Notes: generated from the sequence alone by a model not told the origin. A stretch of 64,000 nt of DNA from an uncultured Gemmataceae bacterium (GCA_963750165.1 CAVVPN010000001.1:416001-480000); one strand, 5' to 3'. Positions 1 through 10,317 are shown, counted from the stretch's first letter. Numbers and translations are program-made.

Positions 1-270
1 CCCACACGCCCCCAGCACGACACGGGCCAGGGCCGAGCCGCGCAGGATCGTGCCGTGCTGGTAGTCGTGGTAAATCGTGAACAGGCGGACCAGCACCAGG
101 CCCGTCAGGGCGCTCACGGGTAGGCGGCACCACCAGGGTGTTTCCTGGCAACACAGGCCCAGCAGGCCGATCAGGACTGCCAGGGTAGACCCGAGGTGCC
201 ACCAGCTGCGCCAGCGCACCTCCCGGGCGAACGGCTGGGTCGCCCGGACCAGTTCACTCGCGGTGCGCAT
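1..270 (-). CDS. Fatty acid desaturase (delta12/omega-6-like), 5' part; runs off the window edge
   Basis: Manual translation from the ATG at 270: MRTASELVRATQPFARE...LVRLFTIYHDYQHGTIL, with hydrophobic helices and the first His box HDxxH. Not in the ORF track. Confidence 0.8.
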   Translation of the reverse strand, partial: MRTASELVRATQPFAREVRWRSWWHLGSTLAVLIGLLGLCCQETPWWCRLPVSALTGLVLVRLFTIYHDYQHGTILRGSALARVVLGACG

Positions 271-802
271 GGGCGGACTCCGGGGCGGTAGCGGGTTGCG
301 GGGGCGGCAATGCGGCATTGGTTTCCAGGCTCTCGCACCAACAGCGCAAGGCCTCCAACGCTTCGGCCGCCGCCCGGACGGTGGCCGGCGGCGTCGGCCG
401 GGGGAGGTGGTCCCGGTCCAAGCGGGCGCCCACCCGTACCGCCAACCGATAGGCTTTCTCCAGCAACTGGACTGGAGCCTGGGCCCGGGGGGCGTGTTCG
501 ACGCGGAGGCAGAGCGCGTGCATCGACTGGCACCATGCCGACAACCGCGGCGGGGTGTTCAGCAGCAGTTCCGGCACGTGGGCCGGGCGAAACCGCTTGT
601 TGTACGCCACCAGTTGGCTGCGGAAGGCGTCGTAGGCCTTCTGAATCACCAGCAGGTTCTGCGTGGCGGCCGCGCTTTCCCGCGCCCCGGGCAGGGACAT
701 CCGCAGGTTCTCCCAACGGGCCTCCAGTTCGACCAGCAAGGCCAGCTCCGCGGCCTGAGCGGGCTCCAGGTCGTTGACGGCGGCTTCTCGCATCTCTGGC
801 AT
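254..802 (-). CDS. Hypothetical protein
   Basis: 182-aa ORF with plausible composition, overlapping the desaturase start. Confidence 0.6.
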   Translation of the reverse strand: MPEMREAAVNDLEPAQAAELALLVELEARWENLRMSLPGARESAAATQNLLVIQKAYDAFRSQLVAYNKRFRPAHVPELLLNTPPRLSAWCQSMHALCLRVEHAPRAQAPVQLLEKAYRLAVRVGARLDRDHLPRPTPPATVRAAAEALEALRCWCESLETNAALPPPQPATAPESAHAHRE

Positions 803-1087
803 GAAATCCCTACTTTCTCACGAGGACATCCGGCGTCGCCACTCCCCCGGGTGATCATCGACGGCGAGCGCTTCCCGGCATGACGGCAAAGTGAGAAGCC
901 GGGGAAAAATAACGAGGCTGTGGCAACCCGCCGGCTCACGCACGGCCTTCTGGACGCCGAAGATACCAGCAGTGCGGAAAAAAAACTCGCTCAGGTTGAG
1001 GACACAGCGCCCGTCATTTTGGCGCCCCAGGGTTTTGTGGTAGAATACCCTTTGCCCTCAGAGCCACTCACAACCGGAGGTCCGCCG

Positions 1088-1309
1088 ATGAGCCAACCCC
1101 AACGTATCGTGTCGTGGGTCGTGTACCTGATGACGCTGCACAAACAGCCAGGGGGCATGAACGCCATCTGCGAACAGAGCGAGTGGGACGAGATGGAGCG
1201 GGCCCGGCCCGGCTACCACACCCTCATCCGGGCCGGCATCCTGAACGAGGGCGAGGCAGAGCGGCTGGCGCGGGGCACCTCGGGCGACCCGAAAAGTCGG
1301 CGGCCGTGA
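1088..1309 (+). CDS. Small hypothetical protein
   Basis: GGAGG RBS before the ATG at 1088; MSQPQRIVSWVVY...NEGEAERLARG. Confidence 0.6.
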   Translation: MSQPQRIVSWVVYLMTLHKQPGGMNAICEQSEWDEMERARPGYHTLIRAGILNEGEAERLARGTSGDPKSRRP

Positions 1310-1652
1310 GGCGGAGCCACCCCAGCGTTTCGCCAGGCCCGATCTGCAACCGACGCCGCTTCGGTCTCCTCTACTTTTTCGACACGCTTCCCGGATGGTA
1401 AGTGGTATTGGGCATCGAGAACCGGACCCTGGACTTGATGCACTTCGCCATCTCGCCACTCCCTTTCCCCCGTCCCACGTAAACGCCGCAACTATTTCGC
1501 CGGGGGCCCCCTTTGGCAAGAAGTTGTACGCTGCGGCGAAACGCCCACTGCACGGCAAGGACAATGGGAGGGCAATGGTGCAGTGGCCCCCTCGTCGATG
1601 GTCTGGCGAGGAAGTAACTGTTGGTCCGGCTTGTTCGGTCAGGGTAGCGCGG

Positions 1653-1917
1653 TCAACAATCCCGAGAAGCCAGTGTATAACTCCGCAGCCCCCGCAACTG
1701 CGTCTGTCTCGAAGGCACTTTGACGTTCCAGGCCAGGCCCATCTGGACCAACACCCGGATGACCAGGTAGCTCACGTCCAGCTGCCACCAGCGCAGGCCG
1801 TGGCGGCCCGAGGTCGGGAAGGCGTGGTGCATGTTGTGCCAGCCCTCGCCCAGCGCCAGGAGGCCGAACAAGTAATTGTCACGGCTCTGGTCGTCGCTCT
1901 GGTAAGGCCGAAAGCCC
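1653..1917 (-). pseudogene. C-terminal remnant of a delta9 acyl-CoA-type desaturase
   Basis: GFRPYQSDDQSRDNYLFGLLALGEGWHNMHHAFPTSGRHGLRWWQLD contains the third His box GEGWHNxHH; the N-terminal part is absent. Confidence 0.85.
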
Positions 1918-1977
1918 CTAGCCCGATTTCTACTTTCCCGTCTTTTTCACCGCCGATTGGCGTCCTTACCGCAGAGT

Positions 1978-2166
1978 TTACAGACGGATGCCCCTTTTTT
2001 CTAGTTCCGTCGCGATGCGCTGCCGCGCCTTGTCGGCCCGGGTCCGTTCCAGCTGCAACAGAGAGTCGCGGAGGACCTCTGAAGCCAGGTCGTAGAGGCG
2101 GAGCAGTGAATTGCTGTCGGTGCCGCGGATGGTCCGCAGGTCCAGGGTCAGGGGGTTCAGGCTCAT
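1978..2166 (-). CDS. Small hypothetical protein
   Basis: MSLNPLTLDLRTIRGTDSNSLLRLYD..., coupled to the upstream ORF. Confidence 0.55.
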   Translation of the reverse strand: MSLNPLTLDLRTIRGTDSNSLLRLYDLASEVLRDSLLQLERTRADKARQRIATELEKRGIRL

Positions 2167-2474
2167 GGGGGTGTCGTCTTTCGCCAGGGAATGGATGTGG
2201 TGTCGGGTGAACACCACGGGCGAGCCGCATCGCAGCCACGACAGTGGGTTGAGGCCGGCGGGTCGGCCAACTTGCCACGGTAATCATCCCCGCGGATGCG
2301 GGTGATCCGGACCCGCAGCGTCTCACCGGCCGATTGGGGCACCCCGGTCAAGAGGGTCAGGCGGACGAGGTTCCCGACGCGCAGGCCGCGGATGGCCTCC
2401 CGCAACTCGGCATCCTCGATGCCCTCGCACCGCCGCATCCCCTCAATGTCCTCAATCGCAACCGGGTGGCGCAT
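2163..2474 (-). CDS. Hypothetical protein (SH3/OB-like), probable frameshift near 2240
   Basis: MRHPVAIEDIEGMRR...ETLRVRITRIRGDDYRGKLAD; a plausible C-terminus (VFTRHHIHSL) lies in another frame. Confidence 0.55.
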   Translation of the reverse strand: MRHPVAIEDIEGMRRCEGIEDAELREAIRGLRVGNLVRLTLLTGVPQSAGETLRVRITRIRGDDYRGKLADPPASTHCRGCDAARPWCSPDTTSIPWRKTTPP

Positions 2475-2546
2475 GCGAGCCCCTTGTCTTTTCCAGGGCG
2501 CTGGGGTTTCCGAGCGGAGTAGGCGTTCGCCCCCTCCGCCACAGCG

Positions 2547-2822
2547 TCAATACTGCTTCGTGATCTCCGGCACGGACCAGAGGAGGGTCCCGTTGTCATC
2601 GACCGCCAGGAAAAAGCTGTGGACGAGCCGGACGGAGGCGGCGTCCGGCCCCACAAAAATGTTCACCCGGAAGCGGCCATGCCACAACGGCCGGACCTGC
2701 ACGCGCTGCAGGCCGTCCGGCAGGCCGAGGGCGTGCATGACCTTGGCACCGATGGCAGCGACCTGCTCGCGGCGCCGAGCCGCATCCTGCTCCGTGTGTT
2801 CATCAGGTAGTTTAACCGGCAT
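2547..2822 (-). CDS. Hypothetical protein
   Basis: Only the C-terminal 91 aa of the long ORF look coding (VRPLWHGRFRVNIFVG...HSFFLAVD). Confidence 0.6.
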   Translation of the reverse strand: MPVKLPDEHTEQDAARRREQVAAIGAKVMHALGLPDGLQRVQVRPLWHGRFRVNIFVGPDAASVRLVHSFFLAVDDNGTLLWSVPEITKQY

Positions 2823-2863
2823 TGGGTTCTCTTCGTGGGTGAAAGGGGGAGGGCTGGGATTCG

Positions 2864-3625
2864 TCATGTGAGGTAGTCTTCGAGGTCGTAGCGCGGCAGG
2901 ACGGCCACGAAGGACGTGCCCTGCCCCGTGCCGGAGTCCGCGGCCAACGTCCCCCCGCTCTGCTCGACCAGGAGCTTGACGACGGCGAGGCCGACGCCCA
3001 GGCCGGCCTCTCGGGTCGGGGCCGCCCGGTAGAACAGCTCCAGGGCATCGCCCTGGTCCTCCGCGGGCATGCCGACGCCGTTGTCCGACACCCGAAGCTC
3101 GTACCCCTCGGGCGAGGCCCGCAGCCCCAACCGCACCCACGACCCTTCCTTGGCGGGATCTCGGTATTTCAGGGCGTTGGAGAGCAGGTTGTCCAGGATG
3201 TGCCGCAGCCGGGCCGGGAACCACTCCATATGCTCGGTTTCGAGTTCCAGGACCAGGGCGACCTGCGGCGCCCCCAGAAGGCGCTGCTGCCAGCGGAACA
3301 CCTTCTCCACCAGGGGCCGGATCGCGATGGCGATCACCTGGTCGTGCGCGGGGTGGTAGCCGGGCAACTCCTGCGCGTCGCGCAGCACCCCCGCCAGCTG
3401 GGCCACGGCCACCCCGATCTCTGTCAGTGGCCCGGGGTCGTCGCCGGCCCGCAGCCCGGTGGCGCACAGGGGCAGGATATGCTTCAGGGTTTCCCGCACC
3501 TGCTGCCCGACGAACTGGCTCTGCTTGCGCAACCGGTCCACCTCCAATTCCAGGTCGGCCACGTAGGCCAACAGCCGGCGGCGCTCGACGGCACTGACGT
3601 TCGGTTCTTTGGCGGAGGGTCGCAT
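2864..3625 (-). CDS. Histidine kinase-like ATPase with no sensor domain and a degenerate H box
   Basis: N box NLLSNALKY, G1 VSDNGVGM, G2 GLGVGL, SGTGQGTSF; the H-box region reads FVGQQVRETL. Confidence 0.85.
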   Translation of the reverse strand: MRPSAKEPNVSAVERRRLLAYVADLELEVDRLRKQSQFVGQQVRETLKHILPLCATGLRAGDDPGPLTEIGVAVAQLAGVLRDAQELPGYHPAHDQVIAIAIRPLVEKVFRWQQRLLGAPQVALVLELETEHMEWFPARLRHILDNLLSNALKYRDPAKEGSWVRLGLRASPEGYELRVSDNGVGMPAEDQGDALELFYRAAPTREAGLGVGLAVVKLLVEQSGGTLAADSGTGQGTSFVAVLPRYDLEDYLT

Positions 3626-3676
3626 GGGTGCCTTTCCTCAAAAGCCGGCCGGCGGCGCAGGGCGGTGGCGCCGGGG

Positions 3677-4129
3677 TCACGCCTCGCCGCCAGCGTCCCG
3701 CCACGGATCCTCCCGCTGGGGCCGGTCGAGGTCCAGGGTGTGCCGCCCCGGCCGATTGCCCGCCAGCGCGCGGGCCACGCTGCTCACCAGTTCCTTGGGA
3801 TGGACCGGCAGGACGAGGCAGCTGTGGACGCCCGCGCCCAGCGCCGCCCGCACCAGCGCTTCCCGCGCGGGCGGCACCAGGACGAGCAACGGGGTCTCGG
3901 CCCGGCCCGACTGGCCCCGCAGCCCCCGGCACAGCCCCAGCGTCCGGGACGCGTCCTTGTGGTCGCCGACGACGAGCAGGTTCGCGGACGCGGGCCGCCA
4001 ATCCCAGGCGAGAGAGCCGACGGTGGTCCGGTCGGTCGCCTCAATGTCCCAGCCCGGGAAGGCCTCCTGCAGGGTGACCAGACTTTCCGGGTCGATGTCA
4101 AACGCTACTGCTCTTGGTCGCTCCATCAT
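3677..4129 (-). CDS. Atypical receiver-domain protein
   Basis: AGGAGG RBS before MMERPRAVAFDIDPES; receiver-like pattern ending ALGAGVHSCLVLPV. Confidence 0.65.
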   Translation of the reverse strand: MMERPRAVAFDIDPESLVTLQEAFPGWDIEATDRTTVGSLAWDWRPASANLLVVGDHKDASRTLGLCRGLRGQSGRAETPLLVLVPPAREALVRAALGAGVHSCLVLPVHPKELVSSVARALAGNRPGRHTLDLDRPQREDPWRDAGGEA

Positions 4130-4199
4130 CTTCGTGTCCTCCTGAATATCTGCGGCACGTGAGGGCGGCACCAGGTCGGGCGCCACGCCGTCACCCGGA

Positions 4200-4570
4200 G
4201 AACCGCGGTCCCGGGCTGCCGCCAGCAACCGCTCCAGCGACTTCAGTTCAACCGGCTTGATCAGGTAAAGGTCGAACCCCGCCTCGGCGGCCAGGCGACG
4301 GTGCCGCGCGTCGGCATAACCGGTGACCGCCACCAGCAGCGCCGGCGGAGCCGTTGCCTCGCGCGCAGGCGCCGAGCGACCGCGCAGCCGTCCATGCCCG
4401 GGAGCCCGAGGTCGAGCAGCACGACGGCCGGGCACTCTGCCTGCGCAATGCGCAGGGCTGTCGGGCCGTCGTACGCCACGACCGGGTGGTGGCCCCAGAG
4501 GCACACGAGCATCGCCATCGACGCCACCGTATCGGGTTCGTCGTCCACGATGAGGACGCACAGGGTTGAA
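4200..4570 (-). pseudogene. Single-domain response regulator with a frameshift near 4350 (boundaries approximate)
   Basis: VLIVDDEPD...VVLLDLGLPGMDG in one frame; LVAVTGYAD...GFDLYLIKPV in another. Confidence 0.8.
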
Positions 4571-5226
4571 TTTGCCTGGGCGGGAGGTGGGGTCGTTCCC
4601 GTCCGATGGCTGTCCGGCGGGTTGAACGGACGTGTCAACGTACGGGTGGTCTTTGGGAGACGGGGGCGGAATTTCGCTGTGAAAACGCGCAGAGTGGAAT
4701 CCGGGAACCATGCACTTGGCACAGGCAGAGCCTCCCAAGTGGATGGTCAGATCAATTAGGTGGCGACCCCCAAGAGAGGAAGTCAAATAAGAAAAGTGGC
4801 CATCCGATTTCTTATACCTCCATCTTACCGAAGTGACTGGTAAAAGCAAGGAGAAAGCCGCCGCGGCCGCTCGGCGGGGAACGAACCGGCTGGTGGATGC
4901 CCGGTGCGGAAATGTAAAAATGCTTGTTTTTCTTGATGCGTTCGATAAACTATATTCGATAGATTAAATTGGCTGCTTTTCATTTTGATGCCTTCCTCTT
5001 CCTCAGACACCAACTCCGGACCTGGCGGACATCAACGTGCAGAGCGGGGTTCCCCCCCTTCTCACATGGAGATGTCAGTCTTTGCTTCCCTTCAATCGTT
5101 CCGGCGTGCGCTTCCCTCCATAGGGATTCCACTTCCGGTGAGCCATTAGCTAAGCCCGTTTCCTTCGCCCGGCCCCAGGGCCGTCCACCGTTCCCACTGA
5201 CTTTTCTCTCACTTCAGGAGCCGAAC

Positions 5227-5712
5227 ATGCGCACCGTCCAGCAAGGCGACCAGGTCCAGGTCCATTTCGTGAAACGCTCGCAACGCGGCGAGGTTGTTTC
5301 CTCCCGCGGGCGTGCCCCGCTGGAACTGGAGGTCGGCAAGGAGAACCGCCGCCTGCCCGGCCTCGGCCTTGCCCTCGTGGGGATGAGCGCGGGGCAACAG
5401 GTGGTGGTGAGCGTGCCCGCCCAGCTGGCCTACGGCCCCCCCGGCCCCGCACGGCTCCGCCGGGTGGCACGCTCCCGGTTCACCCAGGACCGCGTCCTGA
5501 CTGTCGGCCGCTGGGTGCGAGTCACCAACCGCAACGGATCCCGCCGCCTGGTCCGCGTCGTGGAGGTCAACGACAACTCCGTCGTCATCGACACCAACCA
5601 CCGCTGGGCCGGGCAAGACGTGATCCTGGAAGTGGAAGTCCTGGCCATCCACACGCCGGCCCCGAGCGGCGCGGCGACCCCGCAAGCCGCCACCGAAGAA
5701 CTGCGGTCGTAA
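5227..5712 (+). CDS. slyD: FKBP-type peptidyl-prolyl isomerase, SlyD-like
   Basis: AGGAG RBS; GDQVQVHF...LPGLGLALVGM...AYG...IDTNHRWAGQDVILEVEV. Confidence 0.85.
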   Translation: MRTVQQGDQVQVHFVKRSQRGEVVSSRGRAPLELEVGKENRRLPGLGLALVGMSAGQQVVVSVPAQLAYGPPGPARLRRVARSRFTQDRVLTVGRWVRVTNRNGSRRLVRVVEVNDNSVVIDTNHRWAGQDVILEVEVLAIHTPAPSGAATPQAATEELRS

Positions 5713-5784
5713 GCCCGAGGGGCGATTACCACCCCAGCCCGACGCCCGAGAAGCCCTTCAACCCCAACGAGAAAGCAGGCCGTC

Positions 5785-6159
5785 ATGGCAGGCCGAGTCC
5801 TGAACCGCCGCGAGTTACGCAAGCAGTCGGACCAAGCCGAGCAGCAGCCCGAGTCCGCCGCCCCGGCAGCCGACGGGCCGGCCGAGGCGCCGCCCGAGAA
5901 GAAGGCCAGGGCGAAGCGGCCCGCGGCCGCGAAAGTGAGAAAGCCGCGCGCCAAGAAGGCGCCGCCCCGGATGCGCGCACGCTGGGGCGTGTTCGACGGG
6001 GCTATGAAGCAGGTCGCAGTCTTCGACTACAACCAACGTCCGGCCGCGGAGGCGAAGGTCGCGGAACTGCTCGGCGCAACAAGGGCACCCACTTTTTGCA
6101 GATCGTCAAGGACGAGATGCCCGAACCCGAACTGGCGGCGGCTCTCGCAGATTGAGTAA
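5785..6159 (+). CDS. Basic hypothetical protein, probable frameshift near 6078
   Basis: MAGRVLNRRELRKQ...WGVFDGAMKQVAVFDY; the tail KGTHFLQIVKDEM is in a shifted frame. Confidence 0.65.
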   Translation: MAGRVLNRRELRKQSDQAEQQPESAAPAADGPAEAPPEKKARAKRPAAAKVRKPRAKKAPPRMRARWGVFDGAMKQVAVFDYNQRPAAEAKVAELLGATRAPTFCRSSRTRCPNPNWRRLSQIE

Positions 6160-6290
6160 CCGATTGTGCGCGCGTGGCGCACTGAACTTCCGAACGTCCC
6201 CGCCGCGTGTGGCGGAGCTTTTCTGTCCGTCCCGTTGATCGGCCTTGCTCCTCCGGGGGAGTGAGCGGCCTCTTTTTCTGGAGCCAGCAG

Positions 6291-6632
6291 ATGGGTAAGA
6301 AACTGTACGTCGGCAACCTGACCTACGGTGTCACCGACAGCGCCCTGGAGGCGATGTTCGCGGCGCACGGCACGGTGCAATCGGCGCAGGTCATCATGGA
6401 CCGTGAGACCGGCCGCTCCAAGGGATTCGGCTTCGTCGAGATGGGCTCCGACCAGGAAGCCCAGGCGGCCATCCAGGTCCTGAACGGCAAGGAGGTGGAC
6501 GGCCGCGCCCTGACCGTCAACGAGGCCAAGCCGCGCGAGGACCGTGGCGGGGGCGGAGGCCGTGGCGGCTACGGCGGCGGCGGCGGCCGCAGTGGTGGCG
6601 GCTACGGCGGCGGGGGCGGGCGCCGTTACTAA
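6291..6632 (+). CDS. RRM RNA-binding protein with Gly-rich tail (Rbp-type)
   Basis: RNP2 KLYVGNL and RNP1 KGFGFVEM; GGGGRGGY tail. Confidence 0.95.
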   Translation: MGKKLYVGNLTYGVTDSALEAMFAAHGTVQSAQVIMDRETGRSKGFGFVEMGSDQEAQAAIQVLNGKEVDGRALTVNEAKPREDRGGGGGRGGYGGGGGRSGGGYGGGGGRRY

Positions 6633-6927
6633 CCGCCCCTCGTCGGCCGCGGCCGCACTGCCAACGGCTACCGGGACGGCAGGATGCCGCCCCTCCCCCG
6701 TTTGGTGGGTGTCAGGCCGGCAGTTTGTGTAAACGGTTGCGTGAGTCACCCGGCGGCGTTTCTACCGGCACGGAAGTAAAGGATCGACGGTGAAGATGCA
6801 GGAACTGGTGACCTGCGGGGCCCTGTCGCTGCCGTGGACGCCTACGGTTGCTCGGCCCCTGTTGACGTGGATGCAATGTCCGCACAGAGTTCCGCTTCCT
6901 TGACCGGCTTGGCCAGGAACCGGACCG

Positions 6928-7494
6928 CTAGCGGATGGCCTTCTCAATCAGCCCGTTGTCGAGTCCGTATTTGAACACAGATTTAACGCGCGTGATGGCG
7001 TTGCCGAGCCGAACCGGTCCCCAGCGCTCTGCCATCGTGGCGCGGAGTCGCTCGAAGTCGTCGGCCACCAGGTCGTCCACCGACCGGCACTTGCCGAAGG
7101 CGGCGACAAGCAGATTGGTCGTGTCCTTGTATTCCTGGTACATGCGAGCGCCCAACTCGCCCGAAGTCCGCTTGTGATGCTTGACGGTCAGGAAGCGGTT
7201 GCACAAGTCGGCGATGGTCAGTCCGTCATCCTTGACGCGCGGGGTCCGGCCCGCTTGAAGGTCATCGACTTCGGACTTGTACTTCTCCAGGGCGTCCTTC
7301 CAGGTTTCGCCTTCGAGTTGCACGACCTGGCCGTTTTCCGACCGGCCCCAGCGCCCGAAGTGGTGAATCGTGCCTCGAATCTTCTTCGACCAGCAGCCGA
7401 GCGGGTGGGGGTAGAGGAGAAATTCGAGGTACGGCTTCTTGGGCCGCTCGGCGGGTTTACGGTGGCGGGGCTTTCGAGTAGAATTGTTGGACAT
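6928..7494 (-). pseudogene. Tyrosine integrase, N-terminal part only (catalytic domain lost)
   Basis: Colinear with the 11356-14493 integrase (WSKKIRG..HFG, WGPVRLGNAITRVKSVFKY) but stops before the catalytic Arg. Confidence 0.85.
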
Positions 7495-7649
7495 GGCGCT
7501 ACCTCCATCTTCAAGGGTTCAGGTGGCGTCGCCCCGCTGGCTGCTATCCAGCGGGGGCAACTTTACTACCCTTGTATTGTGGCGGTAGTAAAGGACGGAA
7601 GTGCAACCGTGTATGAATTTGTCAGAAGTTGTTGTAGCAGTTCGCTTTA

Positions 7650-7736
7650 GGAGAGGTGCCGGAGCGGCCGATCGGGCCGGTCTCGAAAACCGGTGTGGTG
7701 GCAACATCACCGAGGGTTCGAATCCCTCCCTCTCCG
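7650..7736 (+). tRNA. tRNA-Ser(CGA), CCA not encoded
   Basis: Acceptor stem GGAGAGG/CCTCTCC, anticodon arm CCGGT-CT CGA AA-ACCGG, long variable arm, GGTTCGAATCC T-loop. Confidence 0.97.
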
Positions 7737-7743
7737 CTTTATC

Positions 7744-7769
7744 GGCAGATAGGTTTTGACCTATCTGCC
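7744..7769 (+). terminator. Hairpin after tRNA-Ser
   Basis: GGCAGATAGG-ttttga-CCTATCTGCC followed by a T-rich tract. Confidence 0.6.
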
Positions 7770-7823
7770 TATTTTCTTGCGCTTGTGTCGTTTATCCATT
7801 TCATGCCGAAAGCCGAAGCCGCT

Positions 7824-7874
7824 GATTTCTCGGATTTTCTTGTCGGATTTTATCGGATTTCTTGTCGGATTTCG
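7824..7874. repeat. Short direct repeats TCGGATTT (x4), probable integrase arm-type sites
   Basis: TCGGATTT recurs at 11-14 bp spacing, about 90 bp downstream of tRNA-Ser. Confidence 0.5.
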
Positions 7875-8001
7875 TGCCATACAGGGCTTTTCCGATAAGG
7901 AGTCCAACCCCCATAATGATTGCGTGAATGTGGCCTTCGAGATCAACTCGCTGGTGGGTCTTTTGAGGTTCGCGGGCCGGTGCTGGGTTGGAGTGAGTTC
8001 A

Positions 8002-8164
8002 ATGGCGAAGAGCATCCTTGCCTGGAGCGAAAGTGCGCAGCAGTTCTACCGGGAGATCGGCAAGAGGCTACATGGGAAGCCACCCAGGTTCTACCTCGGA
8101 GACGACGAGAAGAAAGCGCTCGCAAACGCCGCCCGGTTGGAGGCGCTGTGGGATGCAGTCGAGG
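8002..8164 (+). pseudogene. Probable N-terminal fragment of an integrase
   Basis: MAKSILAWSESAQQFYREIGK...RFYLGDDEKKA looks like an arm-binding domain and ends abruptly at the duplicated block. Confidence 0.5.
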
Positions 8165-8806
8165 TTCGTCAAGAGCCGTTTCAAGCGGCTGCGCCAGGAG
8201 GACGGCACCTGGGAGGCCGACTTCCGGGCGCTGCCCAAGCCGATCACGCAATCCGAGACGCACTACCTGGGCCTGCTCGTCGCCCAGCCGGACGGCTCCC
8301 TCCTGGCTGAGAGCCACGTCGAGGGCAGGCCCAGCGTCAACGATCTCGCCTCCCTGCTGGCCCATGCCATGCGCCGCCCGCTGACCGGAGGTGCCCACCG
8401 GCCCCGGCGCATCCACGTCCGGGGCCACCACCAGTGGCGAGAGCTTTTCCCGCACCTGGCCGAACTCGGCATCGAGGTCGCCGTGCAGAAGGAACTGTCC
8501 CAGGTACAGGAACCCTACGAGGCCCACTTGCGGCGGTTGCGAGAGTCCCACCATGTCGGCATGGTCAAGCCGACCGAGGCCCAGGCCGGCGTCGAGAAAA
8601 TGTTCCCGGCCATCGCCCGCTGGGTGGGGGGCTACGGCCAAATCGAGATCGGCGACCAGGAAATGTTCGGCTTCGTGGTGCGGGCGCTCGACTACGGTGG
8701 GCTGGTCTTCGAGGACGACAAGCCCGACACGCTGGCCGAGGCGATGGTGGCGCTGGAGAAGGGGCTAACCGAGTATTTCGAGCGTGAAGGGATCGAGATT
8801 GAGTAG
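8165..8806 (+). pseudogene. 5'-truncated paralog of the hypothetical gene at 51183-51869
   Basis: Near-identical translation from FVKSRFKRLRQE onward; the native start is missing. Confidence 0.75.
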
Positions 8807-8824
8807 TCGCTGGGAGTGGCATTA

Positions 8825-9655
8825 TCACGACGACCGGCCCGAAGCATCCTTCCGCCTCCTCAGCGTGGCGTGTACGGCATCCCACAAATCCCGGCGTGCC
8901 TCCAGAGCCGTCACCGCCGCCTCTTCCGCTCCTTGCCAGCGAGCATCATCGCCGCCGCACAGCGACACCACAAGCCTGACTGCCATCGGGCCATGCTCGC
9001 CCTCGTCCAGCCCGATGTGGCGGCGCAGGTAGTAACGGAAGTCCTCCAACCCGCCGTCCGCCTCTACGTTCAACTCGTCCACGATCCGCTGGAACAGGGC
9101 TGGCAGCAGGTCTTCCCTGCCGAACGTGAACGCCGAGGCCAGGGACCAGATGCTTCCCCGCTCGATCAAGTCGAACGTCTGGCGCACGAAGCGCTCGACG
9201 CAGCCGGGCACGCCGACCGCTGCGAGAGCGGCAGGGACGGAACTTCCTTTGCGGATTTCACCAAGAAAATTCTCGATTGTGCCGGTGTCGGCTCCGCAGC
9301 GGGTCATCGCCCGCAAGTAGAGTCCAAAATGGCTGAGGTAGCCGCCCTGACCGTCCTCGTCGCTCTCCTCGGCCAGCACGATCTCGTTGATGAAGCGGGT
9401 GGCCTGGGGATCGGGGGCGGGCAACCACGGCACACCGACGCAGCACAGGCGGGCCTGCAACGCCTTCAGCAGCGACATGAAGTCCCACACGGCGAAGACG
9501 TGGTGTTTCATGAAGAGGCGCAGCGCCACCAAGCTGTTGATCTCCCGGTAGACGGGGTGGCCCAGGAGGGCTTCCTTCAAGGGCGTGAGCCGTCGCCGCA
9601 GTCGCTGCAGCCGGGCCGTTTCGTGCGTGTCCATCTCGATCCCTTCGTTTTCCAT
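8825..9655 (-). CDS. DUF3050 heme-oxygenase-like fold protein
   Basis: [54 protein letters not shown]. Confidence 0.9.
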   Translation of the reverse strand: MENEGIEMDTHETARLQRLRRRLTPLKEALLGHPVYREINSLVALRLFMKHHVFAVWDFMSLLKALQARLCCVGVPWLPAPDPQATRFINEIVLAEESDEDGQGGYLSHFGLYLRAMTRCGADTGTIENFLGEIRKGSSVPAALAAVGVPGCVERFVRQTFDLIERGSIWSLASAFTFGREDLLPALFQRIVDELNVEADGGLEDFRYYLRRHIGLDEGEHGPMAVRLVVSLCGGDDARWQGAEEAAVTALEARRDLWDAVHATLRRRKDASGRSS

Positions 9656-9843
9656 GCAGTATTCCTATCCTCGGCGCACGATCTCGCCCACCAGGATGCC
9701 CCGAACGGCTAGACTACCGCCTGCGGCAAGGAGCGAGAGCAACGGTGCGCTCTAGCGAAGGAGCAGGCCGGACAGTTCAATGAATAGAAGAGCGCCGACT
9801 GGTCTTCTCGATCTCGTCCCCTTCGCCAGCGAGGAGCGACATC

Positions 9844-10281
9844 ATGAAACCTGGGTCCAGGGACCACCGCCACCGCCTGCTCATTAGTGGCGACGAACTG
9901 CGGGAACTGAAGCAGCACACCGGAGCAATGGCCGAAGCCTTCGGGCTGGACCGCAAGATCGAGAACTACAAGGGCACCCGGCCCCTCACGCTCTACCGCT
10001 GGGATTTGGACTGCCTGATGGACGTGATCGACCTCGCCCTCCGGGACGAGCGGGACTACCCGGATCGTTCTGCCCCCGGCTACCTGGCCCTCAAGCGCCT
10101 GGGCGAGCGGCTGCGCCAGGAGTACGACGCCGTGTACGGCCACGAGAAGGCGTCGTCGGTCAGCAAAGCGACAGCCTTCGGCGAGCCTCTTGTTGGCAAC
10201 GGCAAGCGTGGCAGACATCTTGGCGTCGCGTTTGCGCGTGCTGGTCCGGCAAGGCTGGGTCCGACTCCCGGGTATTTGTGA
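9844..10281 (+). CDS. Hypothetical protein; 3' end probably scrambled
   Basis: GAGGAG RBS; the first ~100 aa look like real protein. Confidence 0.6.
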   Translation: MKPGSRDHRHRLLISGDELRELKQHTGAMAEAFGLDRKIENYKGTRPLTLYRWDLDCLMDVIDLALRDERDYPDRSAPGYLALKRLGERLRQEYDAVYGHEKASSVSKATAFGEPLVGNGKRGRHLGVAFARAGPARLGPTPGYL

Positions 10282-10317
10282 AGATCAACAGGAGCAAGAA
10301 GAACAGTAGCGCAAACG

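Noticed and set aside
3677..4849. 390-aa fused double-receiver ORF
   Set aside because: The N-terminal part is out-of-frame sequence caused by a frameshift, and a strong RBS supports a separate start at 4129
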